Of a stretch of DNA of 64,000 nucleotides, positions 1-12,689 are shown piece after piece. Source of the DNA: Felis catus (lineage: Eukaryota); contig NC_058382.1 in the NCBI RefSeq assembly GCF_018350175.1, positions 57,910,001 to 57,974,000 on the forward strand. The letters are read 5' to 3'. A program made the translations under genes and the position numbers. How positions within the stretch are numbered: position 1 is the stretch's first letter; each line of letters opens with the position of its first letter. A model generated the notes under the pieces. That model had not been told where the DNA came from. It did not search any database and saw only the letters and a program-made list of their open reading frames with translations.

Positions 1-472
1 GTCCACCTGACAGAAAAGTCCAGGAGGGCTGCGGGAAGGGCCCCCGGGGGGAGGCCCTTGTCCTGGGGGAACCGTGCTGTGTGACCTGCGTCGGGTCACC
101 GTCCGTCTCTGAATCTCGTGTTCTGATCTGTATGAGGGCGGGACCGAGTGTCCTCCCGCCTGTGCCACCCTGGAGACCGAGCGCCCTGTACTCTGACTTG
201 CGTATCGCTTTCTGACGAGCAGCCGGCTGGGCGCTGTCTCTGGACCCCCCGCTCCGGGGAGCCCAGCCCCAGCTCCCCTCTTTGCTCCTGCTGAGCTCCT
301 GGCCGCACAAACACTTCTGTACGATGGGAAAGCCTTGATCCCTTCTAGGCCAAGGGAAGACAATTTAGGAGCAATTGCTACAGGAAAGGGTGGTGGGGAG
401 CGTAAAACCCTGGGGACGCGTCTTACTTACATTTTTCACAAAGCATTTCCCCCTGATTATAGAAAATCCAGA

Positions 473-604
473 GGGGGCGCCTGGGTGGCTCAGTCGTTGA
501 AGCTCCCTCTCTGCTCAGGTCTTGACCTCAGGGTCGTGAGTTCAAGTCCCAAGTTGGGCTCCGCGCTAGGCGTGGAGCCTGCTTAAAAAAAGAAAGAAAA
601 GAAG
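473..604 (+). mobile_element. Can-SINE, short form
   Basis: GGGGCGCCTGGGTGGCTCAG head, A-rich tail, TSD AGAAAATCCAGA (461-472 / 605-616). Confidence 0.9.
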
Positions 605-701
605 AGAAAATCCAGAAACATAAGTAGAGAGAAAAGCCCATAACCTGCCATCCAGGGAGTGACATTTAGATACGTTTCTTTACTACGTCTTTTGTAAATG
701 C

Positions 702-910
702 TTTTTTTTTTAACGTTTATTTATTTTTGAGAGAGAGACCGAGCACGAGCAAGGGAGGGGCAGAGAGAGAGGGAGACACAGAATCGGAAGCGGGCTCCAG
801 GCCCCGAGCCGTCAGCACAGAGCCCGACACGGGGCTCGAACCCACGAACCGTGAGATCGTGACCGGAGCCGAAGTCGGAGGCTTAACTGCCTGAGCCACC
901 CAGGCGTCCC
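702..910 (-). mobile_element. Can-SINE (feliform type)
   Basis: Reverse-complement consensus with poly-T and (GA)n. Confidence 0.92.
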
Positions 911-1034
911 TGGTAAATAATTTTTATAATTTCCTAAACTCTGCAGATCACAGGCATTCCCGTGTTGTTTCTTATAAACTCTGCCTTGGTGTGATTTTTG
1001 TTATTTGCCACCTTTGTATTAAGAAGGATTTCAA

Positions 1035-1232
1035 GGGGCGCGTGGGTGGCTCAGTCAGTGGAGCGTCTGACTCTCAACTTTTTTGACTCAGGTCATGATC
1101 TCCCGGCCTGTGGGGTCAAGCCCCGCGTCAGGCTCTGCCCTGTCGCTGTGGATCCCGCTTGGGGTCCTCTCTCCCTCTCTCTCTGCCCCTCCCCTGCTCT
1201 CTCTTTCTCAAAATAAATGAGAAAAAAAAAAA
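1035..1232 (+). mobile_element. Can-SINE
   Basis: tRNA-like head, CT tract, poly-A, TSD-like GATTTCAA. Confidence 0.9.
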
Positions 1233-3199
1233 GATTTCAAATATATAGAACGGTGGGAAACCATAGGACGTGGCGATCTGCGTATCTACCGTCGAGGTTG
1301 GCCTCGGCCGGCCGCTTTTTAATGACTGTGCGATATTCCGCGACAGGACACGTACCTGGACGTGGTGGGTTACTGAACAAATATCGACGAAGCACCTGCC
1401 CTGTGCCCGGGGGCCACGTCCGGGAACAAGCAGCCTTGGCATTTGCCAAGGGCCTAACGCAGAGCACGTCAGGATGCATCGAAGGGGCGGCCAGGGGGAG
1501 AAGTAAAATTTCTAACCGTGCAAACGCCTCGCCAGCAGCCTTCCTGGGGGTTCAGCGCACCTCGCGGGGGAAGGTCTCCCTGAGGACTTTTGGCCCATCG
1601 GTTCGGGACCCTTTCGCTTAGTAGGACGGAATCCCCAGGGCATCCCCGCCCCCGTCCCCCGCCGGTGGGAAACCAGCACCGAGCAGTCCCACACTTTCTA
1701 CGGCCACATCGACTATTCCGCGCCGACCCTCAGCCCCCCTTTTGGGGACCCCCCCACAGCCAGAGCAGCCCCTCTGCTTCCCAGTCGTGGGCCCGCGGAC
1801 CGGTTCTGACCTGCTGCAGGCCTCAGTGTTCTCGTCTGTCAAATGGGACGAGTACGTCAGCCTCCTCCCTCGCGGGAGGAATAAGCCATACCGCGGCACG
1901 CTGACAGGTTCTGGCGCAGAGTCAGGGCTCCAGGGCGATTTTATTCCTGGTCCTGGAGCCAGTGGGGGAGCGGGGGGGACTGGCCGGGCCCGGGGTAGGA
2001 ACTTTCTGGCAGAGCGGGGAGCACGGGGCGGGGGGGGATGTGAGCCAGGAAAGTGGGAAGGCACCCAAGACAAACTCTGCTGACTTCAGGGTTCCGCTGC
2101 AGCCCGCGGCCCCCGTCCAAGCCCAGGCCGCCTCCGTCAGCGGGAACAAAGGGTGACCTCCCCGCAGGCTCCCTGATCCCACGGGGACGGCTCAGCGTCG
2201 CTGTGCTGAACTTTTTCCTTTAAACGGTAAGTGCTGAGCGCTCGGGTTTCCTCTCTCCCGGGGCGGCCTCGGCACACCCGCCCCGATGAATCGACCCCGC
2301 GCCACATTTGGCCGAGATGACCACCCCCGAGGCCAAGTCGCGGGGGCCGGGCCTCGGCCAGGCCGGGGCGCCATCCGGGAGCAGGACCGCAACCCCGGGG
2401 CCCGGCAGTCACCCCCGCCCCGACACCGAGCCCCTCCCGGGGCGGTCGCTCCGAGGACGAGGTCCGCCCCGGCGGGGGCCTGGCGTGGCGGCTAGCGATC
2501 GGAGCGGAGCTGAGGACTTGGAAATTTCCACGCGGCGCCGGCCTCGGTGTGGCCCTCCCGCCTCCAACCGACAGAGGATCTTTAGATCGCGAAGCATGTG
2601 CAGTCAGGACTCAGTCAACACAATTTGTTTTGAGCAGCTGCTCCGGGCCGGGCCTCGGGGACCGCGGCAGACAAGACAGGTGCGTGCCCTGATTTCCCGG
2701 GGCCTCCGGCCGGCCGGCGGGAGGCCCCAGTCAAACCGGAGCACGGCGGGGCTGGGTTGGGGGGGCGAGGACGTCGTTCAGAGGATCTGGCAGGCGAGGG
2801 AGTTACGAGTCAAGAGGGAGTCGCCCCCACTCCCACGTTTGGAAGCGGAAAGAGGGACAGTGACCAGCCTGGGCGAGCACGCGGAGAAGTCAGAGCCCAC
2901 GTGCGCTGCCGGCGGGGACAGAGACCCGGGAGGCCGCTGGGGCCTCTCCTCCGGAGGTGACGCCCGGACCGGCCGTGTGACCCGGCCGTCCCCCTCCCGG
3001 GGACTCGACCCAGGGCAGGTGGAAGCGGCCGTGCGGAGACGGGTGTGCAGACCTTCGCAGCAGTGCCGTTGTCCCCGGGAGCCGAAAAGTGCCCGCAACC
3101 CAAAGACCCGTCAGCGGGTGAACGGATGGACAAGACGCGGGCCCCACCGCGCGAGGGACGTGGGTCGGCTCCAAACAGGAACGGAGCCCTGACACGGGC

Positions 3200-3460
3200 T
3201 GGGACCGCGTGTGGTGTGACTGCATTTACGTGACGTGTCAGCAACAGGGACGTCGCAGAGACAGGAAGGGAGATTCAGGGTGGCCGGGGCTCGGGGAGGG
3301 AGAGTGGGGTGACGCCAAAGCCCACGGGGTTTCGCCCGGAGGTGATGAAAACGGCCTGACCTACGTATGTGATGCTTGTGAAGCCATTAAAAACCGCCGA
3401 GCTGTGCGCCCTAAAATGGTGAACGTCGCCATACGTGGATTGTATCTTAACATCAGAAAC
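3200..3460 (+). mobile_element. Old L1 3'-end fragment
   Basis: Degenerate L1M 3'UTR motifs (GGTGATGAAAA, CCTAAAATGGTGAA). Confidence 0.5.
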
Positions 3461-3471
3461 AAGGCAGAGGA

Positions 3472-3709
3472 GGGGCGCCTGGGCGGCCCGGTCGGTTGAG
3501 CGTCCGACCTCAGCTCAGGTCACGACCTCGCGGTTCGTGGCTTCGAGCCCCGCGTCGGGCTCCGTGCTGACAGCTCGGAGCCCGGAAGCTGCTTCGGGTT
3601 CCGTGTCTCCCCCCTCTCTCTGCCCCTCCCCTGCTCACACTCTGTGTCTGTCTCTCAATAATAAATAAACGTTAAAAAAAAAATTTTTTTTTAATAAATA
3701 AATAAAAGG
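3472..3709 (+). mobile_element. Can-SINE
   Basis: Full consensus; TSD AAGGCAGAGGA (3461-3471 / 3710-3720). Confidence 0.93.
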
Positions 3710-5585
3710 AAGGCAGAGGAAAGAGCCGGGAAATGGGAGGTTTAGATTTTTCACAGCTTTCTCCACTCAGAAGTTCTGGAAAGTCTATACGGTATTCACG
3801 CCTTTGAAACTTTCCAGGCTTTCAAAGCCAGTAACTGCAACCTCTTCTTCAAGGTCTTCTTGCCGGGGGTTATTTCTGTGGCCCGGACGGTCCAGGGAAG
3901 GGGCCGGTACGTTTTGAGCACAGTTGCGCGCAAACAGAGGCATGTCAGGAACAGCAGGGAAGTCTGAGATGGCCACCTCTTTGTTTCTCTTTGGAGGTCT
4001 AAACACCATCCAAATCTTTCCGCCCTTCAAAGCCAGCCCTTGCTGGGTCCTCTCAGTTTGAATGGAAGCCTTTTCATGAAAGAGGTTAGAGAGGGCACTG
4101 CCACGTACTGTTGGGCGGGTTGTCCACTGTGCAAGCAGCGTTTATTAAACGTTGCTATATACCAGAAACCGTACTGAGCACTTTACCTGTGATGAACTTT
4201 GCTTAATCCTCACATTCACCCTTCAGTGAGGGTTACTAGCCTCCGTTTATGAAGACAGGAGCCTTGGGAAGTTCCATGATTTCCCCCCAATTCACCCTCC
4301 TTTCCCGGTGGCTTTGGGAGCGATGCAACTCTGGCGGGAGCCTGGCCTCCCCAGGCCTCCCCACAACCCGGGGAGCCCAGGGAGCCTGCGCCCGCCCATA
4401 GCTGAGCCTTCGCTGCCGGAAGGGCAACAGTTAAACCCTCGGGCCAGGGATCGAGCGGACCCAGTCCAGCCTTGCTGACTCTGTTTTTGTGGGAGCCGTT
4501 TAATCGCTCTGGGCCTCGATTTCCTCATCTCTAAAGTGGTCGGTAACGATGTCTTTCTAGAGTTGCTGGAAGGACTGAACGATTTTACACCCGCAGGAAA
4601 CCCCCGGTCCGTGCTGAGGTTCAGAGTCACGGGTGGGCTGCCTTTCCCGCCAGTCCCCGAGGGCGGGGGGCTCCGCTGTCTCCTTCACGGCGGTACCCGG
4701 TGCCCGGTCCAGTACCTGGCTCGAGGTCAGCCCGTCGGTAACAGTTTTTGAACGAATGAATGAATGAGTGCTGCTCAGCGCAGGGGCTGGGCCCACACTG
4801 CGGGATGGGCCTCCGGAAGTCACCGGAGCCCCGGTAGGAGAGGCCACGGCCCCCGGGTGCCCCCTCCCGGGCAGAGGTCGGCTTCTCCGTGGGTGGTCCC
4901 GCCCTGGAGCTTGATCAGCGCACAGCCCAGAAAACGCGGCTGGAGGGGCCACCACGCAGTGGGGGAGCTGAGGGAGGAGGCCGGCCTCTCCAGTTTCGCC
5001 CCTGCCAGCACCCGTGACCTTCCCCACCTGGCCCTGTCCATCTCACCGGCGGCCCTGGCCGCCAGGGACCCTGCGGGGCCCGCCCGGCTTGCCTTTCTCA
5101 CGGAGAGGGACACCTTCTCCATCTGCACTTTCCTCTCCGGCTCTCAAATTACATTCCATTCACAAAAAACAATCTAGATCTTAAGACGTGTGAGCGCATT
5201 ATAAGGAAAAAAGCGAGGTGGAAAAATGTGGTCAGAGAGCGAGCTAGCTGGGATTGGGGCACAGGAAGTCGCTACGCCCTCCCCCTCTCCACCCACCCAC
5301 ACACACATGCCAGCTGGGAAGCCTTCCCATCTGCTGCGTGGGTTTCCAGCCTCAGAGTTGCCCGCTCGGTGGAGGGGGTTGTGGGGGCTGAGCCAGGAAG
5401 GCAAAGAAATTTGGAGGACAGTCATTCCGTCCTTTCTTCTTGGCCAGGGCTGCTGGGTACAGTTGGGCAGGTTGTTCACTCTGTGAGCGTGGCTGGCTGC
5501 ATTCCATGAGCCATGTGCCCTGGCCTGGGACTCTGTCCCCCGGCCGGAGCATCTTCCCCTCACCAACAAAGGTACTTCTGCACAA

Positions 5586-5812
5586 GGGGTGCCTGGGGGG
5601 GGGGGCGGTGTCAATCAGCCAAGCGTCCGACTTCAGCTCAGGTCACGATCTTATCGTTTGTGAGTTCGAGCCCCGCATCGGGCTCTGTGCTGACAGCTCG
5701 GAGCCTGGAGCCTGTTTCAGATTCTGTGTCTCCCTCTCTCTGTGCCCCTCCCCTGCTCACGCTCTGTCTCTCTCCCTGTCTCTCAAAAATAAATAAAAAC
5801 ATTTAAAAAAAA
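5586..5812 (+). mobile_element. Can-SINE
   Basis: Consensus body, CT tract, A tail. Confidence 0.9.
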
Positions 5813-6118
5813 TATTCACAGATACTGCTTGGGCTAGTGATCCTGGCTTCTGTATCTTCTTAATTTGCCTAAAACAGAACTTTGCTAAGCGTGACCCCCC
5901 ACCTCGCGCGGATATTCCCCATGGCTTTCATTGATCTACCGGACAATGATAATAACACCCGCCTTAACTGACCATTCCCTATGTGCCCAGACGGTGTTCA
6001 GGGATTTTCTATGCAGTGTTCCTACCCCACCAGCACACACAATCTTTATATTATAAAGTGTAACATGTATACAGAAAACTACGTAAAACTTGTATATACT
6101 GTTTAACAAATTATAGAG

Positions 6119-6324
6119 TTTTTTTGCTCATTATTTATTTTTGCAAGAGAGAGAGAGAGAGAGCAGGGGAGGGGCAGAGTGAGAGGGAGACCCAGAATCC
6201 GAAGCGGGATCCAGGCTCCGAGCCATCAGCACGGAGTCCGACGCGGGGCTCGAACCCACGAACCACGAGATCGTGACCTGAGCCAAAGTCTGATGCTTAA
6301 CCGACTGAGCCCCCCAGGTGCCCC
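6119..6324 (-). mobile_element. Can-SINE
   Basis: Reverse-complement consensus. Confidence 0.9.
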
Positions 6325-8424
6325 CACACTCTTGAACCTCACAGTAGCCCTGTGCGTAGCTATTACCATCCCATTTTCCAGATGTGGAGACAGACACAGA
6401 GGGGGTAACTTGCGGGCCTGAGATCGTCCAGTAAGGGGTTGGGGCAGGATTTGAACCCCGGCCTCTGGCCGCATAAACCCATGGGAATCCCCTGCTGCTT
6501 CGTCTCAGGGCGTCCTCACGGCAACCTGCTTCTCTCCTTGTCCCCATTTCCCAGACGGGACACTGAGGTCACAGGCACGGCTCGCTTGTCCAGGCCTCCC
6601 TCCTTACACCGTCACCCAGTCCCTGTGCACACGGTAGGTGCTGAATGCCTCTCTTCTGGAAGGTTGCGGGTGCGTTCGAGCCCAGCAGTGGCCAACCCCC
6701 GCTCCAGGCAGTTTTGCGAGCGGCCCGGGGACCCCGCCCGAGTGGCACCTTCCTCGTGCCCAGGAGAGACTTGTTTCGGGGCCGAGTCCCAAGGATGCCA
6801 GCTTGCCGCTCGCGGGGGCCTTGGCTGCGCACCCCTTCACCCCGCCGAGCTCTGCACACAGTAGGGCCCGCGCGGAACAGAATTCCACACGGTGCGGGGG
6901 TCTCGGCAGCTGGAGGACCGGCGCTCAAACCCCAGCCCCTGCTCTTGTCGCCCGGAGAAAATTATGTCGCTGCCCTCCAGCCGCCTCCTCCCGGTCCCGT
7001 GCCCGGGGAAAGCGTCGGCACACAGTAGGCGTGTTTCTTTCCCGGACTCGAGACGCCGGCGGTGGCGGATCTGGCGGCCCGAACAAAACCAGAGACGGCT
7101 TTTCACACGGGCTCCTCATCCACGTGGCCCCACAGGCTTATTCCTGTTCTGGGATTTTTTTTTTCCCCCCCGTCGCATCTGTCAGTATCATAAATACTTG
7201 CAAGGGCAAGAAAAAAATTCCCCCAGACTTTACGTCAACACAAACAGCCCTAATTGGTCCTGGAGCCTCATAATTCTCCGATTGTCTTGACCGTGTGTAT
7301 CTGGGAAATTCACAGCAGTAAAGGTGAAGGGTGTTTTCATCCGTGAATGGATGTCTTCAACTGAAATTCGGCTCCAACCCCTCGCCTTGGGGCACTTTTT
7401 TCTGTGTGTGAGCAGAAATTGGACTTATCGCTTTCTTGGGGGAAGGAGAAAATGCATGAATATTTAATTATTCAGCTGCCAAGAGGGGAGGGGTAGGAGC
7501 CAGATGAATAGAGAGCCGGGTTTTTCTTTGCAAAGGCCAAGGCAGGATCCGATGTGGCCCTTCGGATCTGTGACTGTCCTCCCCCGCTTCGTCGTGTTGG
7601 GGGCCACAGGCTGTCCTGTTTCTGCTACCCCGGCTTCTCTCGTTTTGCAAAGGATCAGCTGTGGGCGAGTTTGGGTAATTTCCGGTCTGTTCTTCTGGGC
7701 TCCTTGGCATATGTTGTTCTGCTCGCAAGAAACCTACGAGCAGGGGTGGTGTGGGCGGAGCCAGCGTAGGGGAGAGGGGAGGGGAGGTCCACGCGAGGCT
7801 TTGGCCAAAGAATTGCCAGCCCGGAGGGAGGGAAAGGGGGTGGGGAGCCTGCGGCCGACCTGTGGCTGATGAGGCTAGAACATTCTGCAACGTGGAAGCC
7901 AAAACATTCCGGGAGAAACATTCTGTAGCTTCCAGCCTTGGAAGTGGAGGAAAAGGATTTCCTCTTCGGGCAGCTTCTGGGGGCTCTGGGGACGGCCCCC
8001 ACCAGTGGCAGAGAGGGGCGGGGGCGGGGGACAGGAAACGGGGTCGAGAGACTGGGCAGGACCAAATTTGGAGATACGCAGGGGCAAGAATTGCAGCCCC
8101 GGTGGAATAGGGCTCTGTAAACACAGAGCGTCCTCCTGCGACTGTGATCCCGGGGGCAGCCGCCTCTGCTTCTGGGGCGGGTAAACTGAGGCACCAAGCT
8201 GCCTCCACTTGGCAGAGCGAGTTTCCAGGAGGGCTGCACGGCTGCGGAGAATGACCACAAGCACGTTTCCCGAGCAGCAGCCGTGTGCATAGACTTCTGT
8301 TACACTCCTGGATCCCTGGCATGCCCTGCAAGGGACAGGCCATCAGGTCCCTAAGACAGATGTGGACCCCGAGGCTCGGAGAGGTGAACAGTCTGGCCCA
8401 GGCTCCTTAGAAAGAGTTTACGTT

Positions 8425-8587
8425 GGGGCGCCTGGGGGGCTCATTCGGCCAAGCCTCCGACTTGGCTCAGGTCACGATCTCACGGTTCGAGAGTTCGAGC
8501 CCCGCGTCGGGCTCTGCGCTGACAGCTCGGAGCCGGGGGCCTGCTTCTGCTTCTGTGTCTCCCTCTCTCTCTGCCCCTCCCCCACTT

Positions 8588-8635
<48 letters not shown>

Positions 8636-8652
8636 AAACATTCAAAAGAAAG
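8425..8652 (+). mobile_element. Can-SINE with expanded (CT)n
   Basis: Consensus; (CT)n at ~8590-8631. Confidence 0.92.
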
Positions 8653-9167
8653 AAAGATTGTATTCTCAACAACAACAGTATACCAAGTGTAAAGGCATTC
8701 TCTATAAACTGTTGAACATAAAATAATGAAGAATTCAAAATTGTCATACCAACTGTTAGGAACGATTAAGACCATTGCATTACAGGGACTGTTAGATCGA
8801 GTTCCTCTGTTGCTGTCTGGCAGAAAATTGACATAATTGATGTGCAAATAGCCCAGCTTTCCCATCAATAAGGCGATAAGAAACATACAGAAATATCTGT
8901 TTAAATCATAAAGATGTCCCCGATGCAAACAGCATCCCCTTGGATGTGGTTCTTTGCGCATTGTGCAACCTAAGCAACTGACCCTGGCAACCCTGATGAT
9001 AAGCAGATTTGAACTTGGGACCGCCTTCCGGAGCCCGGGTACCCCACGGGCTCATCCCCTGATTTAATTGGCTTGTGACATGGCCCCACCCCAGTTTCTA
9101 ACCTCAAAGACAAAGAGCAGTGACGGGTTAGAAGGGAATAAAAGGAAGAGCGGGGGCAGGGAGTATG

Positions 9168-9741
9168 CAGCTGGCCCTCGAACAACGCGGGCTGGAACTG
9201 CACGGGTCCACTTAGGTGTGGCGTTTTTTTCCCAATGAATACAGTGCCATAAATGTCTCCTCCTCATGATTTTCTTTAAAGTTTTTTTTTTTTTTAACGT
9301 TCATTTATTTTTGAGAGACACAGAGAGATAGAGCGTGAGCGGGGGAGGGGCAGAGAGAGGGAGACACAGAATCCGAAGCGGGCTCCATCCAGGCTCTGAT
9401 CTGTCAGCCCAGAGCCCGACGCGGGGCTCGAACTCACAGACCAAGAGATCGTGACCCGAGCCGAAGTCGGATGCTTCACCGACAGAGCCCCCCAGACGCC
9501 CCATTATGATTTTCTTAATAACCTTTTCTTCTCTCTAGCCCACTTTATTGCAAGAATACAGCGTATAACACACATTACATCCAAAATAGGTGTTGATTGG
9601 TTGCTTCTGTCATCAGTGAGGCTTCTGTAGGCTCTTAGCGGTTAAGTTTCGGGGGAGTCAAAAGTTATACATGGATTTTCTCCTGCAGGGGTGGGGGGAG
9701 GTCGGGACCCCTAACTCCTGTGTTGTTTCCAGGGTCAGCTG
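9168..9741. mobile_element. Tigger2/MER28-like DNA transposon remnant, interrupted by a SINE
   Basis: Terminal inverted repeats CAGCTGGCCCTCGAACAAC... and ...GTTGTTTCCAGGGTCAGCTG, the latter followed by TA. Confidence 0.75.
9282..9502 (-). mobile_element. Can-SINE inserted in the Tigger element
   Basis: Consensus; TSD-like ATGATTTTCTT on both sides. Confidence 0.92.
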
Positions 9742-10552
9742 TATATATAGTTGGTATCACTCTCTCCCCAGTGCTAGTACAGGGCCTGGCATACAGTAGG
9801 CGCTCATTAATGCAGATCGAATGAACCACTGTGCGTATGCACGAAGGCTAAGGCCGCCTCCCCTCCCCTCACGCCTTGTCTGACGCCCACGTGGCACCGA
9901 GCCCGGGGACGGTGGCAGATGGAGGGGCCACCGTCTGAAACCCCACCGAGCCAGGGGAACTGGAGCCAGCTCTCACAGGCCCCGGGACACCGTGGACCGT
10001 GTGAAAGCCACCAGCCAGAACCTCTTGTAATCAGGGACAATGCTCGGCCCTCTGTCCCGAAGGACATCCCGGGGTCTCCGGAGGCCAGAATGGCCCTGCC
10101 AAGTGGCCTGGCCCCCTGCCCGCCCAGCGCCGCCTTCCAAGGGCGGGACCCACCTGGCGACTCCTTCCTCCCAGCTGCTGGCTCCGGGGGTTCCGGCCAC
10201 ACCTTTCCTGTGGCCGCCCCTTCTCTTCCCGGCCCCCACCCTGCTGGCCGGGCCGCTCAACTTTCTGCCCGCCACCACCCCCAGGCTGTCAGGGCAGTTC
10301 CCCCTGGAAGGAGGTGACGAGCAGGGAGTTGAGCGCAGGGGTGGTGCTGGCTGGGGCCCGGGCGCCTGACTCGCTTGTCACGCTTGGCAGGGGTGGGTGT
10401 TGAGAAGGGGGGGCTCGTCCGTGTGGGTGCCCTCCTCCCCGACTCGCTCGGGCTTTGCCCGGCAGCCCTGAGGCAGCTGTCACCCCCACCTGCCACATGG
10501 GGGACGTGACTGAGGTTACCAGCTGCGGGCAGGGTTTAGGCTCAGGCACATC

Positions 10553-11267
10553 CGAGGCGCCCGGGGGGCTCAGTCGTAGGTGCACGACTCTGGGTTTCGG
10601 CTCGGGTCTTGGTCGCACGGCTTTGTGGGTTCGAGCCCAGCGTCGGGCTCAGCGCCGACAGCTCAGAGCCCGCTTGGGATTCTCTCTCCCCTCTCTCTGC
10701 CCCTCCCTGTCTCATGCTTTCTCCCTCCCTCTCAAAATAAACAAATAAACTTTAAAAAATGTCTATCTTTGGGGCGCCTGGGTGACTCAGTCAGTTGAGG
10801 CGGCCGACTGCGGCTCAGGTCACGATCTCACGGTTCGGGGGTTTGAGTCCCGCGTCGGGCTGTGTGTCGACGGCTCGGAGCCTGGACGGAGCCTGCTTCG
10901 GATTCTGTGTCTCCCTGTCTCTCTGCCCCTCCCCCGCTTGCTCTCTGTCCCTCTCAAAAATACATAAACATTAAAATATAAGTAAATAGGGGCGCCTGGG
11001 TGGCTCAGTCGGTTGAGCGTCCGACTTCGGCTCAGGTCACGATCTCAGGGTCCGTGAGTTCGAGCCCCTCGTCGGGCTCTCTGCTGACAGCTCAGAGCCT
11101 GGAGCCTGTTTCAGATTCTGTGTCTCCCTCTCTCTCTGCCCCTCCCCCGTTCATGCTGTGTCTCTCTCCGTCTCAAAAATAAATAAACGTTTTTAAAAAA
11201 ATGAAATAAAATATAAGTAAATAAATGAATGAAATAAAAAATATATATATCTTTCAAAAAAAAAAAT
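10553..11267 (+). mobile_element. Three nested Can-SINEs (heads at ~10553, 10771, 10989)
   Basis: Three consensus bodies with nested TSDs (see findings). Confidence 0.9.
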
Positions 11268-12689
11268 GCTCAGACACGTCTGCCTCCCAATCGGGAGTGA
11301 CTGACCACGCGACCGTCCTGCCTCACAGAGGCTCTGCAAACCCTGGGGTCGGCGGGGTCCAGCACGTTCGGGCCGCATCTGCGCCCCGTAGAGATGCAGG
11401 GGTCACGGCCGGATCCCCACCCCCCACCCCTGCCCACCTCCTGGCTCCAGTAATACCCAACGACACAGAAGGTAGAGTGGCCTTTGCCCAAACAGCAGTT
11501 CTTAGGGGGAGGCCACAGCGACTATGTTGCTTCCTTCTGAAGTTTCTCCAGGATGGACGCTGGGCCGGGGGGGGGGGGGGGTCACCACCTACACCCGGTG
11601 GGCAGACGTCTCCCGGGAGCCGGGCGGTCAGGGGAACGTGGCGCAGAGGGCAGGAGGGGCGCGGAAGCGAGGAGAAGGGAGGCAAGGACCGCAGTCAAGC
11701 CACAGAACCGGGGTTACAGGTTACCCAAGAGGCGGGGCAGCTCCCGGGGGCGGGTGTCTGTCCCTCCCAGTCCCCCAGCAGAGCCTAATCAGTCGGAGCC
11801 ACTGTACTGCTGAGGAAAGTCCTGCTGGTTGACCACCCCCCCCCCCCCCACCCCCTTGGCCTGGGAGTCAGGAGCGCCGTGTCCGGGCCTCAGTCCTGTC
11901 AGGCATTAGCAGCCGTATTCCTGAGCAGATTCATCGCCACTCGGACCCTCAGTCTCTTCGTCTGAAAAGTGAGTATGACACAGTCCCTGACTCGGGGGTG
12001 CGTGGTGGGGAAGGGACAGTGGTCGTGAGGAGGGGAGAAGCTATCGTGATGGAATCAAAGTGCTTCTTGGTGTTCCCACAAGCGGGAAAGAAAGGAAGGA
12101 GGTTCAGGCCATCCCCAAAAGGTCAGTGTGAGGGTTAAGGGAAAGAATCCTCTGTTTCCTCCAGGACTTGGCCTTGGTTTGGCCCGCTTCCTGCTCCGAG
12201 AGGGCCGCGCAGGCCTGCCCTCATTTAACTTCTCCACCGTTCAGCGGCTTTGCCAGGGCCTGACCCGGCGAGGTTGGTCTGATTGTCCTCAGCCTGCGTT
12301 TTAAAGCGAAAATGGGCAGGGACACTGCAGGACCCCGCGGAAACGGTCCCCCTCCTCACCGCAGTGCGCGCAGCAGCTGCCCGCCCCCCTTCCAGACGCT
12401 CCCATTTCGTGGTGCTCTGATGCTCCAGGTCAGTGGGTCACCCAGGGTGGTTCCTGTGCCCACAGGCCCCGCGAAGGAGCCAGCGTCGCGGCTCCAGAAC
12501 TAGAAGCGGCCCTGCAGAGACCCCTTGGGGCTCCGCCTGGCTGACGAGCGGACGCGGGCACCGACCTGCTGCAGGAGCTCTGGACCCCAGCCCCCCTCCC
12601 CCGCCCCCGCCCCCGCCCGCAGAGCCGTTTTGGGGAACAGGAACATCATCCCGGTATTGCATCGCACAAGGTGCGGCGCTCAGGCTGGT

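Noticed and set aside
1..25. Minus-strand acceptor-like TTTTCTGTCAG|GTGGAC as an exon of a neighbouring gene such as CIBAR2
   Set aside because: Only 6 nt are visible, and the expected preceding coding exon is not found in the window.
3785..5122. Possible two-exon minus-strand gene (MEKVSLSV...|GTGAGA donor at 5047; branchpoint and acceptor at 4070)
   Set aside because: The phase-1 join hits TGA within five codons, and neither peptide resembles a protein I recognise.
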